Source: Podospora anserina
Lineage: Eukaryota
Direction: 5' to 3'
Assembly: GCA_017654855.1 (NCBI GenBank)
Contig: CM030338.1
Span: forward strand, 2,728,001 to 2,792,000
Length of the DNA stretch: 64,000 nucleotides
Position 1 is the stretch's first letter; each line of letters begins with the position of its first letter. The position numbers and the translations under genes were made by a program. This document shows positions 25,901 through 40,188 of this stretch, piece after piece. Below the pieces are notes generated by a model. It ran no database searches. It had not been told where the DNA came from and saw nothing but the letters and a program-made list of their open reading frames with translations.

Positions 25901-28638
25901 CACCTGAGGGAGTTAAAAGCGGAGGCTTTGGCCTTGTGCAGGGAGGGGGTGTTGTTAGCGCCGATGACAGCCCCGATGCACAGTGCGGCCGCTCGGCTTC
26001 AAGGATAAAATGTGGATCTTTGCCAGTTGTGAAGTTGGCACGTTGATAAGACAGTTGAACAAAGATAAAGAGACAATTGTAATGGGTCTCTGCTGTGTCT
26101 AGAATCATAAAACGTTTCAGAGCAACAATTCCGCAGTGACACGTTTGCAGTTGTTGCTTACGTTCTGAAAAACTTCCAACCCAGGTTTCTCATGGCTTGG
26201 ATTCTTACTGTGCAAGATAGATGTATACAACGGCTGAGCTAAAGAATGGTCTGAATCAATGAGTGTGGTTGTCAGATTTGGAAAAGACTCATGTGCTTTG
26301 AATAGGTAGGTGCCTCCTATGATTGTTGAGAGTCTATTTCAACTCAGTTTATCCTATTATTTCTCTAATTTGTGCTGAATGGCCTCACTGCTGAGAGCTT
26401 CATGAGGAGAAGCTTGGCTCCACAGCACCTCATGACCGCATCCAGATCCAGCCCCTCTTCCCAGCAATGGCTTTCAAGCTAGGAAAGATGGCGATCCCGG
26501 ATGGGGAACACGACAGGCGGGGTACATAAGTAGCGACATGCGGGTATCATCAAGCTTGCGTTCCTGTTCCTAGGCCGGTAGCATAGCTATCACAACACTA
26601 TTCCTCTGCCGTAACTTTTTTTTTCTTTTTTTTTTTTTTGGCATTTAGCAAGCACCACTGTGGCAAGCGTCAACTGATGTCGCTTACGAAACTGACCGAG
26701 GGAATTGTGCAATTCGGTCACTGAACAGAGAGAGAAACCCATTGAGTCATTGTGGAGACGGACATTTCTTAGCCATGGCTCAGGACTCGTGACACGGCGA
26801 CAGCTGCCACCGCTTTGTCCCAAGCAAGGCATTCCGAGTTCCATTCAGATGGGGTCACACGGCGGTTGCTACACCGAGGCCGCGTCTGCACGGAGAGGGC
26901 CAGAGAGAGAGAGAAAAAAAAAGGACAGACCGAAGCAGGATGGAGAGCCCGGTGTTCTACAGTACATAAATGTCCAAAATGTTGAGAATGGGCGATCTGA
27001 ACCGAGTTCGGCATGGCAGGTCCCAGATCAACAGCGATTTTCTTGTTCCGATAGCCCATAGCAAAAAGCTTATCTCGATCCGGGAGACCCTCCATGCACA
27101 TCACCACAAGGTGAAGAGACAGATATCCAGATGCCGAGCCAATTCCAATATCGGCTTCACACCACCCACCTTATGGAAAAGGGCATCCCAATCAGCTAGC
27201 TTCCCCAGCCTGCAGTTGAGTTGACGCTGTTGCACGCAGGGACGGACAGGCAACTTCCAGAAACAGGCGCAATATTGGCCCACCACTGTCCATGGTCACC
27301 CGCACCAGCTTTCCTACAGTGCATGCATCAGGTAGGTGGTCCTTATGTGCAGTTTTTGCGCAGCTGGCAAGCAGACCCGAGAGGCCAGCTGACGCATTCG
27401 GCAAGAGCATGAAGATTGGTGTTCCAAGTTATCTTCGCTGTTCACTGTTCATGGCTTTGGGTCTGTACCAATCGAGATGCCACCTACTCCAGACGCATCA
27501 CCAGTGTCCGAGGTGGTAAAGGTACTACTAGGTTTGGCACCTGGCCTCTCCCTGAGAAAGCTCAAGGGGGGTGGGAGAAGGGGTTACAAACCAGGGCAGC
27601 CCGGACTCTTTGTGGGCCACGTACCCCGATCGTACCCCCGGGCCCCGAACTCCTTTGGCTTTCGTTGTTGCTTGCAATTCGCACCCCTTCCACGGACCGT
27701 CCAAGGCCAGCCAGCCAGCCAGCCAGCCAGGCTCTTTTCAGGTTGGATGAATTATGCATGCGTTGCCAGTGCTGAGGGCTGTCAGTTTCAACACAGTGCA
27801 CCTAGCCAGGTCAGGTATCTTATTACTAGGTAGGTGGTCTGGTAGGGAACCAGTGGTGTGTCTAGCCTCCCGCCAAACACACAGCGGCGGCTTGTCTTGT
27901 CTTGTCCAGTCTTTGTGAACAAAAAGTGCCCCTTTTTACAGATTATTTTTTTCTGCACCCTTTTTTTTTTTTTTTGGAGACAGGGCTCAGCGATTGATCA
28001 TTCAACATCGATTTCCCATTGCCTTGTTTCCGTCGCATGCCACGCGCCCCGCCTCCACCCCAGCAATCGTCAAGCCTAGCTTACAATCCATCCCTCCTGG
28101 CGGCCCATTCTTTTGTTCAGTCTGTGCCGTGACCTACGGCAGGCACAGCCACTCAGGTTTACCTGCTCGCATCATCTCCTGTTATTGATATTGTTATTAT
28201 TTTTTTGGTTCCTTCCACCTTTCTCCAGAAGCAATTGGAAATTATTATTTTCTTTCGGCGATCTCTCATCTTCTGGACAAATATCACGGCGGAGCATCGA
28301 GATTGGCTGAAGAGTCACCCACACCCCCCCCTGGACCATACCCTAGCACCCTCTCTCTCCTAAGCTGCTACGCCCGAAATTATTATTGCTCCCCGCGCTT
28401 GGAATCTCGACGGGCCATCCCAAACACTGGACATAACCACCAACACCTTTCGTGAACCTCTCCCCTTGCCGCCACCGACACACTTTCACAGCGTCTCACC
28501 ACACCAGCACACGCCTTCTGATCAGCACTCTCTATTTTTCTTTTTTTCTTCTCTTCTTTTTGGCAACTTGTTGTGTTTGGATACAGTAGTAGGTTGCCAG
28601 AGCTGTGCAGCCAGTTGGATTACTGCACCGCTTTCGCA

Positions 28639-30252
28639 ATGGCCTCTTCCAAGGTAGCTAGGTCTCTCTCAACACCACCGGCAAAGCGCGGCGTCGGCTC
28701 CCACCCAACTGCAGGACTTTTTGAGCAGACAGAAACATGAGAACATGTGCTGACCACAATTTTCCTTCACTCGTTCAGGAAATTCAACAGACCTCTCGAC
28801 CCCTGAACCACCGACCCTCCATGACCTCGTCGTCGTCCGTCCCAGGGGGCCTCACCCTGAGCCGCCAATCCCACTCCCGGAACCACTCCCACTCCATCAT
28901 CGGAGCCACCCTCAACGGCACCCACCGCGTTACCCGTCGCAAGAGCATGACAAACACGGGCGCTAATGTTGCAGCCGTAGCTGCTGCCTTTACGGAACCC
29001 GGCGACGGGCCCATGCCCCTCCAGATCTCGGCCCGCCGAAACACACTGTCCAAGAATGGCCTCTCCCGGTCCGTGGTAGCTGGCAGCCTGCCGTCTCCAC
29101 CAGCAAGCCTGCCCAGTCGCAGATTCCTGGCCGGGACAGGCATGAGCAACTTGCAGGAGAATGCGATCGACGACGAACTCAATGACGCATCGGGGGATGA
29201 CGCCGATTCGGCCTTCCAGAAAGCTCGCGTTAGAAGAGCAAGCGACGGACAGCCCCTGGTCAAGGAAGGTGGACGCAAGAGCAATCGCCCAGAGCTTCGC
29301 TGCGAGAAGTGCGGGAAGGGATACAAGCATAGCAGCTGCCTGACCAAGCATTTGTTTGTGCCCATTTTCCTTTCCCTACCCTCTCCCACCACGTGGTCCC
29401 TGAGTGTGGAGCGAGGTATCCCGTGCCGGTCGTGGCTTGTCGACTGTGCTGTTTGAACACTATTGTTGACTTTGTCTCTGTCCCAGGTGGGAACATACCC
29501 CCGAATGGTCCTACACCTCCAAGCTCTTGATTTCGAAGCACCAGCAGGTGCAGCTGCTCGAGGCTGCTTCGGTACTCGTTGCTATGAACAAGGACTCAGC
29601 CACCACGCCCCCAGATTCGGCCCGGGACTTCAACAGCGAACAGGGTTCGGCGTCGCCCCCAGCAAGCGGCTTCTCGGATCCCCAGGACCGGAGCTCGGCC
29701 GATACCACCCCACCGCCGCAGCTGGACGCTGTCGGCGCTGCGAACGGGTCGTACAGAAACTTCAGCAAGAGGTTCAGCAACGGCAGTGGGATTTCCCGGT
29801 CATATCAGTCTGCGCCTTTTGGAAGTTCAGCTCTTGGCAGCGTTCCAAACGGATCCGGGTTTGGCCACTTCCGGCAGCTGAGCCAGGACCAAAGACCAAC
29901 ATCGTCTGGCAGAAATGCTACCGGTCAGGCCGACAGCGAGCTTGCTGCTGCCCTGCTGGGTTGCAGTTTCGGTAGCCACAACGGGTCTTCGCGGACGGTC
30001 CACCTTCCGGCCGACGCACCTCCCGTGCCGCCCCTCCCTACCAAGTTCCTCGAGGAGGCCATGTTGGGCAGCAGCTTCATGAACAGTTACCCCAGCAGGG
30101 CTCCTGAGAGTTTCACCCGAGGAGAGCTCCGCCGTGTAGACGTCAAGATGGAGGAAGCCGAGAGCGTCATGGACGAAGAGGACGAGGACATGCGCTCCCG
30201 CGGCCGAAGCGAAGAGGACGACGACGGTGTATTCGGTCGAATGGAGGAATAA
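28639..30252 (+). CDS. C2H2 zinc-finger transcription factor, 3 exons (first exon tentative)
   Basis: CEKCGKGYKHSSCLTKHL|WEHTPEW...SKHQQVQLLEAASVLV across intron 29354-29486; putative first intron 28654-28778. Confidence 0.88.
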
Positions 30253-30786
30253 GCTCGCGGCGGGCTTGTTCGGTTTTTATTTCGAGCGGGAACGCCTCGC
30301 CATGGTCTCGCTTGGGCGGGCTTTTATGATGTGACGAGGGATTCTGTTTTCTTATGTACCTTTATATTGTTGAACTATTGTAAATGAGGTCGCTCCGCCA
30401 ACGGCCCTTATCACCGAAGAATGGAGAGCGTCGCGTCCTGTTCATGTCCCGCGGCATGGACCGGGGAGCCGACCAGCTTCACGAGGTTAAAGTGAGGGCT
30501 GTGTGCGAGCGTTGAGCGATTCCTCGAGCGGTTAGCGAGCGACTGTCTTTCAGAGACAAAATAAACGAGTATTTTGCTCTAATCAAACTTGAAATAATAA
30601 AGAAATGTACAAAGTTGAAAGAACAAGATGCAATGCAATGGTGAGGAGAATTCCGAACGGTGAAGACTGAAGCTGGGATTGGTCGGACGAAGACCAACAA
30701 ACAGACTTTCAGGCTGCTACCGCCTTGGATGTCCGTGTCAGCGACATAGGTGGTGGGTGGTGTTCAAAGCTTGATGGTAACTGGGC

Positions 30787-30795
30787 GTGTGTGTG

Positions 30796-30840
<45 letters not shown>
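30787..30840. repeat. (GT)n microsatellite
   Basis: Visible run. Confidence 0.95.
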
Positions 30841-30844
<4 letters not shown>

Positions 30845-31327
30845 GTGAAGGGTAGTATTCTGTGCATCTCTTTTTATTGTATCGGTTGGCTTGTTGAAGG
30901 TGGATGGGAGCTTTGGGCAGCAGTCGGTTATTGTTGACAAACAGACGACGACAAGGCGACAAGGAGATGGTAGGTAGGTAGGACTGGGGGGATGGGGGAG
31001 AAGAGAAGCGCGGGGTTAGATGCAGCGAGGTGGTGGGGAGTGGGAAGGCAAGACGTCACTGTATCCACACGGATTTTGGGGGGCCCCTGGTCCCACGCGA
31101 GTGTCGCCGCCGCCGCCGCGGTAAGGACAAGCTTCTTTTCTGCGCTTTTGGTTCCATCTCCGTTTATTTTTTTTGAACACGAGAATTTTGATATCGACAA
31201 GCTACCTATCATTGTGTGAGGGACGGATAGGAAGTTTACATAATCATTTTCTTCTTCATACACAGCCTTTCACCCATTTTGGCGATACGGAGAGGTTAGA
31301 TCTCACGAGCGCACTCATCGCGCGTCG

Positions 31328-31328
<1 letters not shown>

Positions 31329-31361
<33 letters not shown>
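31329..31361. repeat. (CA)n microsatellite
   Basis: Visible run. Confidence 0.9.
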
Positions 31362-31364
<3 letters not shown>

Positions 31365-31441
31365 ATTTTGGCTACAGCGCCCACCCATCAAACGACAACA
31401 GTTTCGTGGATCTGACAGCAGATATTCACCGCGCCGACATC

Positions 31442-32777
31442 ATGCCCCGAATCAAAGAGGTGGCGGCGGACGCCCTTACCGCAGTGGAAAAGGCGTCTGA
31501 CACGGTTGCCCACCTGGCCACGCGCGCCGAGGTCGCTGCGGGGGATGCGGTCGTTGCTGCTCCTGCCACCATCGCCCGGTCGTTGCCCGGGGATACGGCG
31601 AGACTTGCCCTGGGGGTGGGGATGAGTTTCGGGGTTGAGGTGGTGGGGAGGTGGGTGGTCAGGTATTTGACCAAGGGGGAGGGGGTTGATGGGATGTTGG
31701 AGGATGGGAGGGATGATTTGGTTGTGGTTGGGTGGAGGATGTAAGTCAAGATTTCTGTTGTGTGTTGTTGGGTTGAAAGGTGAAGGCTCGGTCAGCTTTG
31801 CAAGGCTGAGGCAGGGCTGAGAAAACGATATATCTCAGCTCGGTCAGATATGGGGATGAGACCAAGCTAACATGACCGGTTGGGGGGACAGACTCGTACT
31901 AGCACTGGGTTGGCTCGGTGACTTTGACGGTTGGGATTTGGCTTCGCTGGCTTTGCTTTCGCATGGTCCTGCGGTAAGTTTTGTTCTGTTCTCTTCTCCG
32001 ATTGCCGCAAATGCAAAAAATCCGGGGATTTTCCGTCTTTGGTAGCCAGAGCACAGCCCCAAAAACTGACATGCATATGCTACCTAGACGTTTCTTGTCT
32101 CTGTCTTTTACGGCATTCGCTGGTTGACCGCCGGCGCCTATCTCGGTGTGGAGGTCGTATCAACTGCCTTGCCGTTCCTCCTTTTGCGTCATCTCTCCGG
32201 TGACGGGGGCAAGGAGAGTGCTGCTACACCGAACAGGGAGATCGTCACCGACAAGTGGATTCAGCTTCTTACTAGCCTTCAGGCGGGATTGGTCTACAGT
32301 GTTGTGCTCTTCCTGGCTAGCAGGACGTTCCTGTCGGATGTGTTTGTGCTCCACTTTGAGGGGATTCCTACTGTCAAGCCTGCCGTTGAGCCGGCGGGCA
32401 TCTTTACGGGGGCGGATGGGATCGCGACGGGGGTTTTGGGGTTGTTGATGGGGTGGGCTGCTAGGAGGTTCATCTTTGCGCCTGTGGTTACGGCTCCCGA
32501 GGGGACGGTCGGGGATGAGGAGAATGAGAGGTTTGATCCTGCGAGTGCGAGCTTGGAGGAGACGGTCAAGTGGAATTTGTGGGGGTGGAGGGACAAGACG
32601 AAGGTTTCGGTTGTGAGGACGGGCGCGGCTGTGGTTGCTACGGTTGTGGGCACGTATTTGGATACGGCATTGGGGATTAGGGGCGTTGATCAGGTTGGGG
32701 CCGGGGTCTATGCTGGTGTTTGGGGATTGGCGGTTGTGTTGACGGGGGTGGCGTTGACGTATGTGGGGAGCATCTGA
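31442..32777 (+). CDS. Conserved fungal multi-pass membrane protein of unknown function, 3 exons
   Basis: MPRIKE...VGWR, GTAAGT intron, LALGWLGDFDGWDLASLALLSHGP, GTAAGT intron, then the hydrophobic ORF 32124-32777. Confidence 0.7.
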
Positions 32778-34980
32778 GGCGGTTGGGGGTGGAAGAAGGG
32801 TGTTCGGTGAAGCGGCTATGGGATGACTCTCTCCCGGCCAGGGTTCTACGACATGCGATGGATGACGCAAGGTACCGGGAGCTGGAGTCATGGTAGTGGG
32901 TTCGCAAGCTTAGGCATCGGCAACATGTGGGATGCATCTAGGATGGAATGGATGGGAAGACGGGAGACCACCACTTGCGGCTGCCGGATCTTGCATGGAC
33001 CGGGCTTCCATAGGAGCAGGCATCCATCTTGGTCGCTTAACAAGCGCGGAGGGTGGTGGTAGCAAGGAGGGTTGCGGTTGCGGTGGTGTGGTGGTGGATA
33101 TGGTAATGGTGGTGGCTTGAAGCAACGGTTTTTTCCCCTTCTCCCTCGTTACAGCTGATGGCAGCAGTATCAACAGCCGCGGCATGTGTGTGTCGTGCAA
33201 CCCCAACAAGCGGCGGCTGTTCACCGGGGCGAGTGCTGCGTATGTCGGTATGTAGGATATAATGCGGATAGCTAATAGTATGAAGTGAGTTTGCGGCGCC
33301 GGCACATGGCAAGCCGGGATCAGTTACAATGACGACTTTCCAGCCCAAGGCCCGGGGGCCCAGCTGAATAGCTGGTATGACCGGGAAGGGAAACGTAAGG
33401 CTTTCTCCGGTGTCGGCAGGGGGCACGGTGGGCGTTTGAGTTCTGGTTGTTGTCATCATTGCTCACCGTTTTTCCATCCCGCTATTGTGTCTCGCGATAA
33501 TTGCTCCATACGACTAGGGAACGGACTGGGGACTGGGACGGTGAGTGAGTGTCAGTTTTTTTTTGTTGCTATTGTTCAGCCCCAGGAGCTGCGCCATATT
33601 TTTAGCGGACCTTCTCGGCGCCTCATTAGTGTACCGGGACCCGGACGCCGTAGGCGGGGTGTCCACTATACGGAAGCGGCTGCTTTTTGAAGCTGAGGCC
33701 GCCAAAGGGGGAGGAGGAGGAGAATTGGAACGGACTTTGCCATGCGAAACCAAAAAGTTAGTTTCGGCTTCGGATGGCTTTAAGCACGGCTGCGGCAACC
33801 GGCTTTCTTCTTTTGATCTTGCTGAAGCCCTTCAATTTCGGTGCAGAGAAACATGCAATAGAAGCGAGGCGCAGTTTGGATGGTGAGGTGCAGCTGTGAG
33901 TCTGACCAATGGGAGGGGATGTGGTGACTGAAATGGGCAAAGAGAGCCTGTGAGAGCCGCGCTGGAAACCAGATTGAATCCAAATCTGCCCTTTTGCCCT
34001 CTGCACAGCGTCTAAGATCACGTTTTCGGCGGGATAGATGGGGGAAAGCTGGGATAAAGTCCTTTCCCTTTTCGAACGTGGTATTGAGGCTTCTCGGGGC
34101 TAAGATGGGGGGGGGGAGCACCACCACACCGCAACCGCACCCACACTCTACCTTGGGGGACAAGCTACTTTTTTGATGTTACATATCGGTTTGGGGGGGA
34201 GATGACAGGCTGTGAGACGCGTGATCAGACGCCCTCCCGTTATGTCTGATGGCCTCTTTCTTCCTCTTTGGTTTTTTCTTGGGTTGAGCAGGGGATAGCG
34301 AGAAAGACGACTCATACCCACATCAGCACAGCTTTCGGGATGGGGCTATCCTTTTCTTCTTCTCCTTCGTCACCACCACCACCACCCCTCCCTGGCTGGG
34401 GTTAGGTAGGTAGGCAGGCAGGCACTGCTGCTGAGACGGCCCAATCTTTGAGGTAACAAAGTCTTGTTGTCTTGGGCAAAGGTGACATTGGAAGTTTACA
34501 GCTCTCCAGGTTGGGAAGTCCTAGTCTGGGTTGGAGTACTGACATGTTTTGTCTTGGAAGCACCAATTACATACAACCTTGCCTTGACCTTGAAGCTAAG
34601 GTTTGAGCTCTTTTTTTTCTTGTTTTTTTTTGTTTCCTGCCCCAGAGGTTGCCGCTTTCTATATATCTCCCCGAGGCTCGCCTCCTCTTCTTGATGGAGA
34701 TGTGTTTGAACAGACAACACAGCCAATCCCCTTTTGCAGATATTATTACCTGCCTATTCCAAGCCGCCTCGCTTTAGCGTTACCATCACGGGCAAACAAA
34801 GTCATGACGGACTCGCCGGTCAGGTGGTGTTGAAGTTTGGTCATCTCCTGTTTCGGACTACTGGACTAGTTGGGCAACGTACACTCAGCGAAGTCGTTGT
34901 TGTGTCATCGTTGGAAAATTTCCCTTTGACTTGTCGTTGCCTGGTTCTAGTTTGGGCTTGGGGAACAAGGGAAAAAAGAT

Positions 34981-35836
34981 ATGAAAGAAGCCACCTCTCC
35001 TTCGACAGAGAGTTCTATATCTACCCCATCGTCACCAGCATCTGAAGCAACAATTACACACACATCCTCACCGGCATCCTCTTCAACAACAGTTACTGCT
35101 GCTCCTTCGCCAGCTTTGACATCAACAACTCTTGCTCCTTCACCTTCAACAACAGTCAACATTCCTTCCCCATCTGCAACGGAAGACATTCCAACAACAA
35201 CAACAACAACAACAACAATGTACGAGTACGAAAGCATCATGACCTTTGACCAGCCCATGATTATGGGCTACGACCCCTCTGGCTCTTCCTCGTCGTACAC
35301 CACCCCCTCATCTGCTTCTGGAGCCGTGGTCAAGAAGAAGAAGAGCATCAAGTCTGAGACTTCGATTGACCTCCGCGGCCCAATGGAAGTCGATGGCTCA
35401 GTCAAGTCAATGGCGAGCATCAAGTTTGACGGGGACTTTGCCGTCAGGGATAGAGTGGAGGCTTATGGGGATGTGGGTGTTCACGGCACACTCAATTGCA
35501 GGTTTGTAACCCCCCTTCTCACCCAATTCTCTGTGAAGAACAGAAGACTAACAACAAGCCAGCTCACGAATGAAGTCAATGGGTAATGTGAAAATCAACG
35601 GAAACGCCACATTCGGGGACAAGGTCAAGATCTTTGGGAAGCTGAAGATCAACGGGAGTCTGGAAGTCAATGGTGACTTGGAGGTGTGGGGGGCGTTGAC
35701 GGTGAACGGATATCTGAAGTGCAGGAACTTGACGGTTCATGCCTCCCTCACAACGGTGGATAGCTCGTGGTATGAGGCGGAGAGCGAGACGGTTCATGGG
35801 GCGAAGTTGGTGCACAGGAGTGGTTATGTTGGTTGA
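34981..35836 (+). CDS. Bactofilin-like (polymer-forming beta-helix) protein with S/T-rich N-terminus, 2 exons
   Basis: Hexapeptide-periodic V/I-x-G-x-V/L repeats (EVDGSV, KFDGDF, VHGTL, KINGNA, KIFGKL, KINGSL, EVNGDL, EVWGAL, TVNGYL); intron 35502-35562 joins the frames. Confidence 0.7.
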
Positions 35837-37418
35837 GCGGGAGATTGGTTGATATTTCTTTTGTGGTTTCTTTCATGTTTCATGACTCTGTTTGACATTG
35901 GTTGGGCTGGGGATATGGGATTTGGGTTGGACACTGTATACCACCGAGACTTTTGGGCTGTTTCTTTATGTCTGGCATGTTTCCTGTGTTTTTCCTTTTC
36001 AGTCTTTGGCATCTCGACTCTAGGGAAGGGGCATGATGAGTTATGAATACCGGGTTTTCTTACTGTCATATTTTCCTTGTTATCATGTTTCTGTTACGTC
36101 CAGAGTGTTACAGGCTCATAGCCGTCGATTAGTTTGGGGATGACATTGGCATTGGTTTCTTGTTCTCAGATACTTCAATTCATTGTTGGCTGTAGCAACA
36201 GCATTTAGAGTTGGCCATTGGCATGGCCGTTTAGGTAGCAACATTACAATAGAGCTCAGTACCTGTGTCAACGTTGGCACAGGACTCAACATCATGAACC
36301 CCTCAGCTCTGGTGCGAATAAGCTGTCCGCGTCATCAACTGGCATCATCATGGACAGGGATACCGTCTAGGTAACAAGATTCAAAACGGTAGTAGTCGAC
36401 ATACAAAACGGAGGAGACGTGTTAAGTCAAAGACCCAACCAAGACCAAGAGAGCCCGCTTTCTGCCTTACTATCACCTCAATATCAAGCCATCTCAAGAT
36501 GTCCTCAATTCTTAGCTGGGTGACATCGCCGTCAGGCATGCTCAGGAGAGTCCACATCGGGACCTAGTAGTAGTTTGTGCTGCTCAAGTGTGCAAACCCG
36601 GGGTTTCAAGAACAGCGGAAGGGGAGCTGCTGCCTGCAATGGCCTTGCGTCTGTATCCACAAATGCTTGTCTTGTCTACACATGAGGTATGGAAGTTGCA
36701 AAACCCATCGTCAAGACGGCGGTTGCCGCGGATAACATGGGGAAGCCAGGTTTTTGATCTAGGAGAAATTAAGTAAGGCATTTTCTGCAGGCACGGGCAG
36801 ACCAAGGCAGGCAGGCTGCCGGTGAGTGATTCAGAGATGTGATATGATCGCCGAGATGCTGCAGACAACGGGAGGTGAAGCCACCGACTGGTAACGATTT
36901 CGAGAGGGAGCCGGTCGAGGGTTGGGACGCTAAAGAGATAAGATCAACAGTTCCTTGTCAGGGTTACATTGCAGGCTGCAGGTCTGCCGGCCGGCCACAG
37001 GAAGCCAGGATGATCATGTGGGGGTGCACAGACCCACTTTGTATCTTCTGCTGCGGGCTGCGGACCAAGCCAAGGAGCAAATGGAGCTTGGACTTTCGCG
37101 ACGGGAGCACGAGGCGCGTTTGTTCCACAATCACATTCTCAACCGCCGACTTCACTGCAAACGACACCACCGCGACAGCCTCATCCACCGCCCAACGAGA
37201 GCTGGAAACCTTGCTCCACGACGCCCACGAGATAGTTTTTTCACTGAGGACCACTATACTGCAGCTTAATATTCACTTTTGCTTCGCATTGCACCCACTC
37301 ATGGCAAGGCCTTTTGCGCCAACATCCAACCAGTTGCTCTGACGTCGACGTCAACACCGGAAACATCGTGAAGAAACAAACATAAAAAAACAAGAGGACG
37401 AATTGGAACAACCAAAAA

Positions 37419-40188
37419 ATGGCTGCTCCAGAGGCCATCCAACCCGTTGTCGACGAGGCCATCTCTCCGCGACAGGATGCGCCACCGTCCATCGAGCAGG
37501 CTATGCACGAGTCCATCAAGTCCATCGAAAATATCACGCCGCTCAATCCCCTCGACCTCCGAGCCGACCCCGATGCCCAGGCCACCGTTAGTGACTTCCT
37601 CGACTTTACCGAGTACCTCCCGGCCGATATGATGCGTTCTTTGACCCTGATTGGCCAACTCGACCAGGCCTACATCGATTCCTCGAACAACATTGACGAC
37701 CTCACAACACAATGGGGCCAGCTCCCCGGCCTCCCGGCTGGTGCTAAGAGCAAGAATACACCGGTGGAGCTGCGCAGCCACGTGTCGGAAAACCTACACC
37801 ATGCCCTCAACTCTCGCGTCTATTCCCATGCCGAAGCGCAACGGATGGCCGAGAATGTGAACCGTCATCTCAACCGTGCCAAGACCATTCTCGCAAAATT
37901 GCAGGCTATGCAGGATAACTACCAAGAGTTGGAGGAGCAACAAAAGAGCCCAGTGGCCAACAGATCGCCTCAGATGTCGAGAGTGCCAAAGATTACACTG
38001 AAAATAGACGGACAGAAAGTGCGCAGGCCGAGAGTGCCTAGGATCACAGTTCCTGGCGAGGTGTTGGCGCCATACGATATCAACTTTGACGCATACACCA
38101 CGGGATCGGAGAGCAGTTCGGAGGAAGAGGATGACGCAGTATCTTCCAGCCGGGTCACTCCGGCTCCGCGCATCAAGGTCGTGAAAGGATCAACAAGGCC
38201 GCCCAAGTCGAGTGTTCCAAGGGCGCCAAGACCCAGGACATCTGTCCCCCCTCCCAATGTGCCCGGTGGGCTATCCACCAGTGCTGTCATGGCACAGCTC
38301 GTCCCTCCACCCGAAAATGCAGTCCCAGGAAGCGCCGATGCTCCATGGTGTCAGCTCACTGCGTTTGAACTGGCAAGACTTCGTAAGAGAATGAAGAAGA
38401 ACGCGGCTTGGACTCCAAGTGATACCATGGTTGCGCGAGAGCTAGCCGCGCTCGGACGAGGCGTCGATGCCTTCAAAGCTGCGAAGAAAAAGGCAGAGGA
38501 CGAGGGGAGGGTGTTTGAGGGGGCTATGCCGGTGCCGACGATCGACCCTCACACCGGCGAGAAGAGGATGCCGCTCGGGGCTTTGACTGTGGATGCTTTG
38601 GCGTCGGATGACAAGAATATCACAAACCGTGGCATGAAACTGAACGAGGCTAAGAAACTCAAGAGGGAGCAACTGGCCAAGCTGGCAGCGGACGAAGCCG
38701 AACAGTCGGCTGCCATGTTCCGGGAACAGGCACGGATGATTATGGGGGGCGTGCCTCAACCAGCTGCTGTCGCGGATGCCAAAGCAATCAAGAGCAAGGC
38801 TCCGAAGAAGCGGAAACGAGATTCGATGCCGGGAACTGAGGCCGAAGGTGCTGAAGAACAGGAGACCGCGGCGGATGGCAGTCAACAGGCTCAGAGGCCA
38901 CAGTTTAAGAGAACCAAGACGGAGACGCCTGTACCGCCGCCAATAATAACCTCTGGGAATTCTTTGGGCCCGCCTCAGGAAACGCCGGTCCAGCTTCCCC
39001 AGAGGACAAATGCGGTCTTGCACTCTACAACGCCTATACCTTTACCAAACCTTTCTCAGGACCAGTCAATAACGGCCAAGCCGGCATCAGTAATATCAGC
39101 TACCTCACCCGCCGGTAGCACCGCCGGGCCTTCGAGCGTCCCGACATTGGCACCCATCAAACTGCCGACTACCGAGACACCTATACCACCGCCAGTGATT
39201 TCACCGAAGAAGTCAGTGACGCCCATCCTGCCTCCTGTGAGAGAGACCCGCCAGAAGCAGGCCACTCGGTCGCAAGATCAGCAACAACAGTCACAACCAC
39301 AGCAGCTTCCACCAGGGGCCGTGTCAGGAGTCGCAAGCAAGGCCACGTCAAGGACAGCAAGCCCCGAGCTGGTTGCACCAAAGCCAGATCCCGACGCTGC
39401 TCCTACCCCTGCCCCTGCCCAACCAGCATCAACAGTCATAACCCGCCGCCCAGCTTCGAGAGGAAAAGCGTCAAGCCAAGAGCCAGCACTACCTCACCAC
39501 CCCCCATCTCTGGCAGCAGACCGTCCCCGCCGGACTAGCACCGCCCGAAACACCCCTGCCCCTCCAGATGTAGCCGCTGCCCTATCTTCTCACGCAACCG
39601 CGACGACTTCTGCCACTGCTGCTAGCACCACCGCCGCCACTGCTCCCACCGCCGCCGGCAACTCCACCACCAGACCGGCCAGCAAACGAGCCGGCAAGCG
39701 CCCTGCTCCCGGCGTCATCAGCCGGACCAACAGCGGCGGTAACAGCGCCGTGGGTACGCGCAAGGCGGCGCCGAGGAAGAAGCAGAGCGCCGCTACCGGG
39801 TCAAGAACTGCTGGTGGCGGTAACAAGAAGGAGAAAGAGGTGGCGGCGACGCCGGTGGAAACGCACGGCGGGACGGCAGAGGTGGAGGTGGACGACGAGG
39901 GGAATGTGATTGATCCGGAGGAGCCGAGATATTGTCTGTGTAATCGGGTCAGCTTTGGGACGATGATTCAGTGTGACAATGTTGATGTAAGTAACCCCGG
40001 AAGTGGCGGGGGGGGAGAAGGAAATGCTAATGGGGAAACAGCAATGCAAACAGGAGTGGTTTCACTTGGAGTGTGTCGGGTTGGAGGACATTCCGGCGAG
40101 GACGACGAAGTGGTATTGTCCGGATTGCAGGAAGGCGTTGAAGATTGGGGAGAGGGGGGAGGTTAGTGCCAGGGGGGTGAGGGCGTAG
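37419..40188 (+). CDS. PHD-finger protein with ING-like N-terminus
   Basis: FLDFTEYLPADMMRSLTLI at the N-terminus; EPRYCLCNRVSFGTMIQCDN|..CKQEWFHLECVGL..KWYCPDC across intron 39987-40041. Confidence 0.9.

Noticed and set aside
23000..28600. Many short ORFs in the long interval upstream of the C2H2 gene; possible telomerase RNA
   Set aside because: The ORFs look non-coding, and no TAACCCTAA template was found here or at 43.5-49 kb.
36300..37342. Short overlapping ORFs upstream of the PHD gene
   Set aside because: No recognisable domain or codon bias; a decayed gene is possible but unsupported.
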